A stretch of 64,000 bases of DNA, taken from Octopus sinensis. Taxonomy: Eukaryota. Below, one piece after another: positions 11,267 to 22,339 of the stretch. Under the pieces are notes generated by a model. The model ran no database searches. It was not told the DNA's origin and saw only the letters and a list, made by a program, of their open reading frames with translations. The DNA lies in assembly GCF_006345805.1 (NCBI RefSeq), contig NC_043011.1:8060001-8124000 (forward strand), given 5' to 3'. Made by a program: the position numbers and the translations under genes. Numbering within the stretch: position 1 is the first letter of the stretch; each line of letters begins with the position of its first letter.

Positions 11267-12170
11267 CTTTAGTAATGAAAGGAAATAAAATAAATACATG
11301 GAACATTAGTGTTTGTGTTGTCATGGTGGACGTATCCTGAGGCACTACTCATCCTACCACTCACACTCAACGTCTTCTCTTTCACTTCAACTTCAGTGAG
11401 TAGGACTTTCAGTTACTCAGATTGAAAGATTCTCAAGAAATCTCTCGTCCTTCTTCATTCCTTGAAGTTCATAATTTTCCTGTTCCTTGATTCATGGAAA
11501 TATATGAGACAAAGCATTAAGGAAATCGAGGTCTCAGCTTTATATATATATAGGAAACCCAGGCCCCTACACCAAGGGGAGCAAGCATTGCAAGCTGTGC
11601 ATAGTTGAGCAGGCAAGGATATTAAAGTACTCCCTCAACCTGGGGGAACATCTTAAATTCCAGGATGGAAGTCTTCAGTCCCTGCCAGCACTTCAGGAGA
11701 TTCCTGCTGAAATCTGGTGGAATGGATTCCAGAGAGTGGTCTAAGGGAGAGAATTCCTTGCACTTAATCCTTTGTCTTTGTGTTCCGACAACCAGTGAGA
11801 AGGTCTTTTCTCTCTCCACTTTGAAGAGAGGTTGTAGGCCATTGGCCATTGTGGTCTGACAAGAGACTGAAGAGCTAAGTGCTTTACAGATGTGAAACCC
11901 TGGATAACCCCACAGACTGACCATAACTATGTCTATGGGGTTTTGTGGCTCAAAGCAAAGCAGGCCATGCTGTCCACTCTAGGAAACACTTAGTAAATGA
12001 TCTACAAGCACTCAAGCAAACTGAGTCCTCAACTTGTTCCATTTGCCTCAGATGGAGAGGGGAGAGAGAGGGGGGGAGAAAGATGGTGAAGATGCAATGG
12101 GGAGGGAGCAGGGGCCACACACACACAGAGGTGATGGAGGGTTTAAGTAGTTTGAAAACTTGGTGCTTAC

Positions 12171-12289
12171 CTTGCTACGGCTAACTTTCATTGCGTGGTC
12201 TTGATCCATGCTCTTGTGTTGTTTGAACTGTTTCAAAGCTTGCTTCAGGTCTTCAGGACTTAAATCATTTTTGTTTTTGTACCTCATGC
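12171..12289 (-). CDS. SIL1: SIL1 coding exon 4 (GMRYKNKNDLSPEDLKQALKQFK...VSRSK)
   Basis: Acceptor tttttgaag, donor AAG|GTAAGC, 119 nt, phase 1-0. DLKQALKQFK corresponds to human DLKSALAKFK. Confidence 0.9.
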
Positions 12290-13133
12290 CTTCAAAAACA
12301 ATAAAATTAAGCAAAGAAAAAAAAAAAGAATCAGTTGCCTGTTGATTAATGACCCACGGTAATCAGGTTTATTTCTTCTAGACAAATAGAATCATCCAAT
12401 CTTGTTAATGCTGACTGCAACTGAAAATATGTGGTGCTGAGACTGCTAGAAGTGGTTTCTCCTTGAGCAGATGGATAGATTAAAACAGCAAAATAAAGAG
12501 AACAAAACAGTTGGCATCACTCGAATAAACAGACTCTGGAAGAGACTCTATCTCTTTATATTCCCTATTTTAAATTAAATGTTTTTTCAAGTGATGACAA
12601 ATGCTTTTTCATTTTTTTCTTCTAATCTATATACACATACATACCTATATTCATGTATGTATATACAAATGTGTGTGTGTTGTCACTTAACCTTCTAATA
12701 ATATATTTCTTTATTGCCCACAAGGGGCTAAACATAGAGGGGGCAAACAAGGACAGACAAAGGGATTAGGTCGATTACATCGATCCCAGTGCGAAACTGG
12801 TACTTTATTTATCGACCCCGAAAGGATGAAAGGCAAAGTCGACCTCGGCAGAATTTGAACTCGGAACGTAACGATAGACAAAATACTGCAAAGCATTTCG
12901 CCCGGTGCGCTAACGTGTCTGCCAGCTACATGATACAATCTTAAAAACAAGGAGGGCACATTGAATAATGAACTCAAAGACGATCCACTTGTATTGAAAG
13001 CCAGGTTGATCATCTTTGATTGTAGGTCTGTTCAATCAGGGCCTGTTTTGAGTTAAACATCCAGCAAAAAAGTGCTAAGGCTGTACAAAAAGGTTAATTA
13101 AGGAAAAGAAATAAATAAATAAACCCTGTTTAC

Positions 13134-13256
13134 CTTCTCTGTTTTCAGATTTCCAGTATTCCAAATCTTCTGCTGACTGGCCTGGCATTAATTTCGCTTG
13201 TTTCTGACCAGTTTGTAAGTCTAGTCGTACCTGTAGACCTGGAGGGATTGCTTGTC
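13134..13256 (-). CDS. SIL1: SIL1 coding exon 3 (GQAIPPGLQVRLDLQTGQKQAKL...)
   Basis: Acceptor cttctag, donor G|GTAAAC, 123 nt, phase 1-1. Matches the SIL1 signature [23 protein letters not shown]. Confidence 0.96.
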
Positions 13257-13457
13257 CTAGAAGCGATAAAGAAAGCAATTAAAAATAAACAATTACATAT
13301 AGAAAGCATCCACATCATCATCATCATCATCATTTAACATCTGTCTTCCATGATGGTTTCGGTTAGATGGTTTGACCGGAACTGACAAGCCACAGCACAA
13401 ACCTCCACTGACATAAAACAACAACAACAACAACAACAATGTCAATGTAATATTCAC

Positions 13458-13544
13458 CTTCTTTAACTTCTTGCCACTCTTCAGATGGTTGGAATAAATC
13501 TAATTTCTTTTGTCCTTCGGAGTCAATTGTTATACTAACACCCT
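13458..13544 (-). CDS. SIL1: SIL1 coding exon 2 (EGVSITIDSEGQKKLDLFQPSEEWQEVKE)
   Basis: Acceptor ttacag, donor G|GTGAAT, 87 nt, phase 1-1. FQPSEEWQ matches the SIL1 F-x-P-T-x-E-W-Q motif. Confidence 0.93.
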
Positions 13545-13869
13545 CTGTAAATAATAATAACAATAATAATAACGATGATGATGATAATAATAATAGTAAT
13601 GATAATAATAATAATAATAATAACAATTGTCCATACCCTACGTAATATGCTGTCTCTGTAATCTCAAATTTTAAAACAAGCTCATAATTTTCTTGTGTTT
13701 TCTTAGACATTCTCTAAAACAATACTATGTACAAAAACCAAATATATGGCACAGTAGGCATAACAACAACACGAACTTCCAATTTGTTGTCTCTTGAGGT
13801 CTCTGGGTGAGACTTGGAGCCAACTTGTACAAATGAAAAGCAAAAGTCAAACATGAAATAATAATAATA

Positions 13870-14392
13870 ATAATCATGATCTTAACCGATTGGAAGTGTT
13901 ATCATGTACATTGTTTTGTTTTGGCATAAAAGATGAGCTAACAGCAAATATTCTGCTCAACACCACAGATTTGCTTGTCAGTTGTTTGACCTTAACCAGT
14001 TGAGCATGTCCCTTAGTGGCTGACAATTTCTGATTTCAGGCAGAAGTAGTAGGGGAGCATCATAGCTGTGTGTTGAGAGGAAGTCTTTGGGGTTTGAATA
14101 ATTCTCCTTTGGAAACATGGGTGTTTTGTTCAACATCCTTAAACAACCTTTATTCAGGGACCTTTTGAGTGAGATGGGCTACTCGACTTGAAGAAAACTC
14201 TAACTGGGCCCGTGCCCTGCAAGGGGACTAGAGCAATGTTGATATGAGATCACCATGTCACGCACATATGGTTGTGATGCATGTGCCTTGTGTACCCTTA
14301 TCAGATGGGCAGTCATGATCGGTATACAGGGCTTTGTATATTTTACCCCAGTGTCACTTAAATGGCATGCACTGCTTTCTCACTCAATAATA
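13870..14392. mobile_element. Unclassified (AAT)n-associated interspersed repeat, copy 1
   Basis: Collinear with 26694-27272. Both end CTCACTCAATAA and abut AAT repeats. Confidence 0.75.
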
Positions 14393-14394
14393 AA

Positions 14395-14595
14395 AAGTAC
14401 AGACTGCTAAAAGACGAAATTGCAAGAACGTGGACTATAAGGGGTGTCTGTCATTCCTGTAGTTGCAGGGGCACTCAGAACACTAACAACCAAGTTTGAG
14501 AAATATGTCAGAATTGACATGAGAGCAGAGCAAGCCACAAAAAACTGCTCTGTTGGGGACAGCTAGGATTTTGAGATTGGTGATTGGGTGTTGAA
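14395..14595 (+). mobile_element. R4/Dong-like (RLE) LINE C-terminal fragment
   Basis: KKYRLLKDEIARTW..VIPVVAGAL..QKTALLGTARILR, with a frameshift. Confidence 0.72.
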
Positions 14596-14607
14596 TGTCT
14601 CCAATGA

Positions 14608-14737
14608 TAGGAGTGGCTGTGTGGTAAGTAGCTTGCTTACCAACCACATGGTTCCGGGTTCAGTCCCACTGCGTGGAACCTTGGGCTGACAAAGCCTTGT
14701 GAATGGGTTTGGTAGACAAAACTTAAAGAAGCCTGTC

Positions 14738-14773
<36 letters not shown>

Positions 14774-14992
14774 TTGTGTGTCTGTGATTGCCCCCCCCCC
14801 CAACATTACCTGACAACCGATGTTGATGTGTATACGTTCCCATAACTTATCGGTTCGGCAAAAGAGTCCGACAGAATAAGTACTAGGCTTACAAAGAATA
14901 AGTCCTGGGGTTGACTTGCTCGACTAAAGGCAGTACTCCAGCATGGCCACAGTCAAATGACTGAAACAAATAAAAGAAATAAAAGAAGAACC
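14608..14992 (+). mobile_element. tRNA-derived SINE family 1
   Basis: GGAGTGGCTGTGTGGTAAG head through CAAATGACTGAAACAA. Confidence 0.8.
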
Positions 14993-15783
14993 AAGAATCA
15001 GAGCTTATAACGTGCAGAAAGAGACCCTGTGAGACCCCTGACGGCCGATTGTTGTCTGCTCTCACAGAAGCTACTAGAACAAACAAGACTGAATGTTCTG
15101 AAAAGTAAAACAATAATAATAGTAATACTCTCTATTAAAGGAACAAGGTCTGAAATTTTGTGGGGAGGTGAGTAGGCTAATTGATTAGACTGACCCCCAA
15201 TATGCAGCAGGTATTTTTTTTTTATTGTTACTAGCCAACGTCACCCTAAGGTGACATGGGCCAGTAACAATAAAAGCTAGTGGCACGTGAAACATTCGAG
15301 CGAGGTCTTCACCAGTGCCACTGGACTGGCTCCTCTGCAGGTGGCACGTAAAAAGCACCATTTGGGCGTGACCGTTGCCAGTACCACCAAACTGGCCCTC
15401 ATGCCAGTGGCACATAAAAGCACCCAGTATACTCTCGGAACGGTTGGCATTAGGAAGGGCATCCAGCTGTAGAAACTCTGCCAGATCAGATTGGAGTCTG
15501 GTTCGCTAGACCTCAGTCAATTTGCCCAACCCATGCTAGCATGGAAAGCGGACGTTAAATGATGATGATGATGATGATGATGATCCCAAAAGGATGACAG
15601 ACAGAGTCGACCTCAGCAGAGTTTGAACTCAGAAAGTAAAGACAGATGAAATACTGAAAATCCGTTGTATATATATATATCTATTTATATAAATTTGTGA
15701 GGGTGTCTATGGGTCTGTCCCCCATCACTGCTTAAGGAGCAAAACACAAACACAAACAGAGAAATCATTTGTAACTGACTCAC

Positions 15784-15997
15784 CACCATCCTCTGTATCC
15801 TTTTCGTTCCCAGCATTGGTACCAGTATCATCATCACCATCATCGTCAGTCTTGACAGCTGTCAATGCAGAAGCTGACGAAGATGGGGATGGTTCTTCCG
15901 CAGACACTTGGTGCCAGGAGTTGAGGAATAGCAGTGGTAGTGTCAGTAGCAGTAATAGAGAACAGGCAGACCTGAAGAGTGGTTGAACCATTTTCAT
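15784..15997 (-). CDS. SIL1: SIL1 coding exon 1 (start codon, signal peptide, acidic linker)
   Basis: ATG at 15997 gives MKMVQPLFRSACSLLLLLTLPLLFLNSWHQVSAEE..., with a hydrophobic signal-peptide-like stretch. Donor G|GTGAGT at 15784/15783 (phase 1). An acceptor ttttttcag at 16037-16035 implies a further non-coding exon upstream. Confidence 0.88.
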
Positions 15998-16204
15998 GGG
16001 TGTTGTGTCGCAGATGTTAAAAATCAAATCAAATCTGAAAAAACAACAAACAGTACAGCAGTAATTAGCAAGAGTTTAACCATTTTGTAATTATCTTAAT
16101 GAGCTGGTGTCAGGTTTCCCTCTTTTTTAACCCATTAGAATTCAGATTACTCTGTCAAATGTGATGCTTATATATTCACATTTGCTTTTATTTAATCATG
16201 AACT

Positions 16205-16437
16205 TTACGTACATTATTTACATTTGACGGATATTTGACCTCATCTTGTTTGTTGTTAACACAACGCTTCAGCTGATAAACCCTCCAGCCTTCATCAGGT
16301 GTCTTGGGGGAAATTTCCAACCTGGGTTCTTATTCCTAAGGTATTTTTCGATGTTATTATTATTATTCAGGTCACTGCCTGGAATAGAACTCTGGGTTTA
16401 GTAGCCCGCACTCTTAACCACTATGCCATATGCCCAT
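16205..16437 (-). mobile_element. tRNA-headed SINE carrying a hammerhead (copy D)
   Basis: Minus strand GGCATATGGCATAGTGGTTAAGAGTGCGGGCTACTAA..GAGTTCTATTCCAGGCAGTGACCTG, then the same linker and HHR body as copy A. Confidence 0.8.
16258..16303 (-). ncRNA. Degenerate hammerhead motif in SINE-HHR copy D (GAAA to GAAG)
   Basis: Minus strand GACAC-CTGATGA-A-GGCTG..CAGCT-GAAGC-GTT-GTGTT. Confidence 0.65.
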
Positions 16438-16439
16438 GA

Positions 16440-16600
16440 CAAAAGGGTGGAGCAATTGCAAAAAACAGCACTACTTGGAACCGCTCGAATACTCCGGAAG
16501 GTGCTTAAAAAGTAAGAGGTGCTACCTTAGTTCACTGGTAGTGAACAGCTGACACTGTAATACATCTCCAGTGTTAGAAGCTGTGCAAAGGCGATGATGA
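16440..16600 (+). mobile_element. R4/Dong-like LINE 3' end fragment
   Basis: RVEQLQKTALLGTARILRKVLKK*, followed by a short UTR and (GAT)n/(AAC)n. Confidence 0.7.
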
Positions 16601-16670
16601 TGATGATGATAACAACAACAACATCATAAAATACCTTAGGAATGAGAACCCAGGTTCGAAATTTCCCCAA

Positions 16671-16714
16671 GACACCTGAAGAGGGCTGGAGGGTATATCA
16701 GCCGAAACGTTGTG
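16671..16714 (+). ncRNA. Minimal hammerhead motif in SINE-HHR copy E, intact core
   Basis: GACAC-CTGAAGA-G-GGCTG-GAGGGTATAT-CAGCC-GAAAC-GTT-GTG. Confidence 0.72.
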
Positions 16715-16750
16715 AAGACAAATATCTGTCAAATGTAAATTATGTACATA

Positions 16751-17149
16751 GGTGCAGTAGTGGCTGTGTGGTAAGTAGCTTGTTTACCAACCACATGGTT
16801 CCGGGTTTAGTCCCACTGCGTGGCACCTTGGGCAAGTGTCTTCTACTATAGCCTCAGGCCGACCAAAGCCTTGTGAGTGGATTTGGTAGATGGAAACTGA
16901 AAAGAAGCCTGTCGTATATATGTATATATATATATGTGCATGTGTGTTTGTGTATCTGTGTTTGTCCCCCTAGCATTGCTTGACAACCGATGCTGGTGTG
17001 TTTATGTCCCCGTCACTTAGCGGTTCGGCAAAAGAGACCGATAGAATAAGTACTGGGCTTAGAAAAGAATAAGTCCCGGGGTCGAGTTGCTCGATTAAAG
17101 GCAGTGCTCCAGCATGGCCGCAGTCAAATTACTGAAACAAGTAAAAGAG
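16751..17149 (+). mobile_element. tRNA-derived SINE family 1 (nested in SINE-HHR copy E)
   Basis: Full head-to-tail copy. Confidence 0.85.
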
Positions 17150-18704
17150 CAATTCCTCATCTCTTAAATATAGAACTGTATAATAATGAACTATCTTATA
17201 GCTTTGAGATTTTGTTGATTTTTAGAGTGACATTGTCAGGTAGGTGTGAGAGGCAAGATCTGGTCAGTTTGAACATAGAACAGGCAGAAAATTTGGGCTG
17301 GATTTAGCAGGTTTAAATGTTAAAGGTTTGGCCTTTTAATATTAAGAACATCCAGTCAAATGTATTGCTTATTTATTAAAATTGTTTTGAATTAAACATG
17401 CCTTATCTCATTGCTTTGAAATGATGCGATTGTTTATTGTTACAACGACATTGTAGGGTAGGTGTGAAAGGCTGGATCTGGCTAGTTTGAACATAAAACA
17501 GATAGAATATTTGGGCCAAATATGGCCACTCTAAATGCTGTAGAGTTAAACTTTTTTTTTTTACTTCAAGGTCAATTCAAGTTGAGCAGAGCTATAATCA
17601 TAAGTGATCCAGATATGACCACCCCAGTCTATCTCAGAGACTTTACATATCTACGACACTATCTTCCCTCAAATTATACGTTGCTATTGATCTCATCAAG
17701 ATGAAAAGGAGATTTGGCTGCTATTTCTAGCGATCACTTAGAGGTTTCCTGGTTGTTTGACCCCCAAATCAGATCACATTGAGAAGACCTGTGATCAGAA
17801 TTGATCCAGATATGCAGACATGGTTGAATGGTGAAGACACTTTCCTCCCAATCAAGTGGTCCTGAGTTCAGTCCCACTGCATGGTACCTTGGCCAAGTGT
17901 CTTCTTCAGCAGCCCTGAACAGACTAAAGCCCTAAGAAGGGATTTGGCAGATGGAGACTGAAAGAAGCCTGTCATATATTCATACATATATATGTATTAT
18001 ATATGTGAGTCATGGTGTTTATGTCCTCCATCATGGTTTGACAACCAGTGTTGCTTTGTTTATGGCCCCCATGACTTAGCAGTTCAGCAAAAGAAACTAA
18101 TAGAATAAGTACCAGCCTTAAAGAAGCAACTATTAGGGGGTGTTATTCCAACTAAACCCTTCAATCCAGGAACTGAAACAAGTAAAACACAAATGACACT
18201 CCATCTTTTTCCCAGACATTTACATATTTAGCAAAATGCTATCCAGTGTGTCCCCTAACCCAACGTTCTCAAGAAAGTTGGACCCGGCATGGTTTGAACA
18301 GAGACTATACAGCAGCATATAGAACTGAGCAGCATGATGGTTGTGGCCTTCAGGCACAGGTCGACAGGCCACGATCGTGGCCCAGATAGATGCATTTAAT
18401 TTGTGGGCGTTTGTTGGGGTCTAAATGTTACTCAAACGCTCCGATACCCACCCCAGAGGACTAATAGTTCAACTAATGACTTTCCAGACGATGTAAAACT
18501 TTCCACCATTATATACTAAGTAGATATTTTAACTATTTTTTGCTTTTTATGTGTGCATGGTAGTCTCATTTTCCTAAAATCTGCTCAGCAGCCCATGCTA
18601 TGTAAGTTCAAATCCCAGTGCTTCAGGGGTCAGTAATAATAGTGAAGTTGTTTTCCTGAATGTTTTCGTTATTTTCAAAATTGATTGAAACAAAAAGAAG
18701 TCTT

Positions 18705-19090
18705 ACTCTTTTTACTTGTTTCAGTCATTTGACTGCGGCCATGCTAGAGCACCGCCTTTAATCGAACAACTCGACCCCGAGACTTATTCTTTTGTAAGCC
18801 CAGTACTTATTCTATCGGTCTCTTTTGCTGAACCGCTAAGTAATGGGGACATAAACACACAAGCAATGCGAGGGGGACAAACATAGACACACAAACACAC
18901 ACACGCATATATATATATATACATATATACGACAGGCTTCTTTCAGTTTCCGTCTACCAAATCCACTCACAAGGCTTTGGTCGGCCCGGGGCTATAGTAA
19001 AAGACACTTGCCCAAGGTGTCACGCAGTGGGACTGAACCCGGAACCATGTGGTTGGTAAACAAGCTACTTACCACACAGCCATTCCTGCG
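18705..19090 (-). mobile_element. tRNA-derived SINE family 1
   Basis: Full copy, reverse orientation. Confidence 0.85.
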
Positions 19091-19655
19091 TCTGTTCTAA
19101 AAGAAATATGGTTTGGGTTAAAGTGATCTCAATTAAAAATATTCTACCAAAATTTTATATAAATTTATGTTGCAAACACCAGCTTAATACAACAAAAGTT
19201 ATTCCACTAAAATTCTTCATTAATTTCAAAACTACTTGAAAGAGAAGTTTGGTAACAAAAGTGTTAAAGTGATCTAAATTGAAATCTTCCATCAAGCCTT
19301 TATGTTAATTTATGTTCTAAATACCAGTTATCATTTTATTGAATTCTTCATTAATTTCAAAATGAGTAAGAAAAATAACCCTCTTTCAGCAGAATGATGA
19401 TAACGAACGGGTCGAATCGTTTCTAACATCAGAAGTGTCAAAAATGATAAGAAGTTCAAGAACATAATTATCACAGACACAGGAAGAACTATTGCATCTA
19501 TAGCAGAAGACTGAAGCAATATAAAACGGTTACGAATTTAGGAACGTTTTCTGTGAGTAGGTTAGACGAAATTATCGATCTCAGTACATGGTTCGTATTT
19601 CAATTTATCGACCCCCGGAAGACTGAAAGAGTTAGGGTTAGGGTAAAGTCTTGAG

Positions 19656-19990
19656 CTGTGGTTCTCAACCGGCGTCCAAATAAGATTTTGTGGGGTCCAT
19701 GCAACGAAATAGTAGATTGGGTATCAACAATAATATTTTAAGGGTTCTTGAAAAAGTTTTGCTTTAGATGTATGTATTGGCGCGCAGGGCAAGAAACTAC
19801 TGGGTTCCTTTCTCTAACATTTTACATAGTTCAACCTACACAAGTTAATGTGTGAAAAACAAAACAGGAATTTTGAAAGAAGTTTCTATAAAACTAGTTT
19901 ATAAACATCGAATGGTTTTAGTGGAGTCCACCAGAATAAAATAGCAATCAAAGGGATCCATAGATAAAAAAAAATGGTTGAGAACCCCTG
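19656..19990. mobile_element. hAT (Charlie-like) MITE
   Basis: Termini CTGTGGTTCTCAACC and GGTTGAGAACCCCTG. Degenerate 8-bp flanks GTCTTGAG/CTTTAGAG. A related fragment lies at about 22570-22650. Confidence 0.75.
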
Positions 19991-20868
19991 CTTTAGAGAA
20001 TCTGAATTCCTAAACTTTAAAGTAGTTAAGTCATTCACCTTGTATAATGAAAGGTAAGGGAATAGTTTAACTCTTTCACATTCACGCAATGTTTCCAATT
20101 AAAATAAAAAGACGAGGTTCAAAGTCACTCTAAGAACAGGTACTGTTTGAGCGATTCACGGTTAATGAGTAATAAGTTTATTGTCGGTACAACCCTCGGC
20201 TATATTTGGCTTGTAGCTGAAGTTTATAAATATATATATTATTATATACCTTGTTCCTTATGTATTCACAATTAAAGAAAAAAAAATTAAGGGTACATTT
20301 TTAATGATTTCATTATTTTATACACATTTCATTATTTTGATAACAAGAGCGAAATTGAATTGTCTCGTATATACATCCGTTTATATACGCGCGCGTGTGT
20401 GTGTATAAGACGTACATTAATTTATAAACATACATATATTCATTTATATACATAATTTACACACACCTACATACTGAATTATGTATTGTATACATATTTA
20501 CACAACTATATATATATTCGAAATATACACGCACACATACATACTACGTTTACATGTATATAATGATTTATACACATACACGCTATACATACACTAATAT
20601 TTATACACATAGGCATATATATATGTGTATTGCATTTGAACATGTAAAGATGTAAAGTATGAGTTACAATAAGAAAAACATAATCCTTGTTGTAAAAGTA
20701 ATAATCACAGAAAAGTTCGGAAGAGAAAATTAAAACAGAAATCTTTACATAAACATACACACATACCTTTACATACAAAGTTACTGTGTAAAAGAGTTCA
20801 AAAATATTTTACCTGGTGTTGTTTACAAACTGACGATGTTGTAATTAGCTTGCGTAATATCTTTCACT

Positions 20869-20941
<73 letters not shown>

Positions 20942-21093
20942 TATATATCAAGATTAATCAACCGAAATTGCGAGGATGATCCGGTTCTTGACTGAAGATT
21001 GAAGACTTCGAATGTCCCGTCCGTGTTTTTTGTATCGTCTTTTAAATGTTTTACGTTCTTGTCCCAGTTTGTACTTTTCTACATATAATATAT

Positions 21094-21125
<32 letters not shown>

Positions 21126-22055
21126 ATGTGTGTGTGTGTGTTAATCGCGGTTTCTTTCTTTATATATATATATCTTCTTTTAACCGCTTGTTTTAAACTG
21201 TATTGCTTTGTCTCTTTAATTTTTAAATGGTAACTGGACAAAATAGCACACACACACAAAAAAAAAAACCACCAGTAGCAGAAGAAAAGAAAAATGTAAC
21301 GAAGATCTATCTATATTGGCCAAAAATTGAAATAAACTATAATAAAATATTAGTAAATGAAATCCAAAATAATAATTATCTAATTCTTAGTGTGTTTCCG
21401 AAAAGGAAGTGTTAAGTCCAGTTGAAATTTCTAGCCGTGATGTTTTCGTAAAATGAGATCGAGTGAGGGAGAAGCTCGTCTTGTTCGCATTTACTGTTCC
21501 TTGTCTTGTGGCAAAATATTTTGGAATAATAGAGTAGTGGAGTTTCGGTGTGTGGAGACAAAATACTGAGTGGAAAGTTATATTAGGGGTGTTATTTATA
21601 TACACGAGTATTTATTGCGGGCGAGGAAGAGGGTATATATGTATATGTAATTATTTTTATACGTTTGATCCAAGTAAACTTGTCAGTCTGAGAGAAAGAC
21701 ACGTCAGCTCAGGGATTGCTTCATCAGGTAACCAAGGAAGAACACGTGATGTAAACATGACTAATACGGAGTGAAGAAACCGGTGTAATGATTTTAAGTT
21801 ACCGTTCCGGGAAAAGAAAGCGATTTCTGCTAATCACCACCACTACCACCACTCGGGGGTTTGAAGCTGGTTTCAAATTAGCCGTTTTCTGATTTCGCTA
21901 AAATAATGAATTTAAAATTACAAATAACGATTCTAATCTTAATAAAAAAAAAAGATTTTAAAACATTTCGTAACATTTTATGATGCACTTAAAGAAAAAA
22001 AATTGAGAAACTTATCTGGATTAATACGCCGACACTTTTAATGTATACAAAATTA

Positions 22056-22339
22056 TATACAAAATTAAATGTAAACAAATTAAAATGTAAATTAAAAGGT
22101 AATTAAATTAAAATGTAATTAAATTAAATATAAACAAACTGTACTTATATACAAAATTAAATGTAAACAAATTAAAATGTAAATTAAAAGGTAATTAAAT
22201 TAAAATGTAATTAAATTAAATATAAACAAACTGTACTTATATACAAAATTAAATGTAAACAAATTAAAATGTAAATTAAAAGGTAATTAAATTAAAATGT
22301 AATTAAATTAAATATAAACAAACTGTACTTATATACAAA
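22056..22339. repeat. Three perfect 92-bp AT-rich tandem units
   Basis: TATACAAA starts at 22056, 22148, 22240 and 22332. Confidence 0.95.

Larger units (their letters stand above)
16625..17180 (+). mobile_element. SINE-HHR copy E, interrupted by another SINE at 16751-17149
   Basis: The body ends ATGTACATA at 16750 and resumes AATTCCTCATCTCTTAAATATAG at about 17151. Confidence 0.75.

Noticed and set aside
11622-11924. 100-aa minus-strand ORF as a SIL1 micro-exon source or LINE fragment
   Set aside because: It has no SIL1 motif, and its resemblance to an L1/Tx1 C-terminus is too weak to call.
12224-12260. CTGAAGA...GAAACAGTT hammerhead-like string on the minus strand
   Set aside because: It lies in SIL1 exon 4 codons, has no stem I complementarity and only a poor stem II, so it is coincidental.
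15005-15110. Possible extra SIL1 exon (minus-strand acceptor ttttacttttcag, phase 1)
   Set aside because: No convincing donor, no SIL1 similarity, and exons 1 and 2 already join in phase.
20990-21030. CTGAAGA..TTCGAATGTC possible hammerhead
   Set aside because: GAAAC is incomplete and stem I cannot be formed. At most a decayed relic, so it is not counted.
21655-21730. Minus-strand CTGATGA..CAAACGTA possible long-stem-II hammerhead
   Set aside because: G12 is missing and stem I is unsupported.
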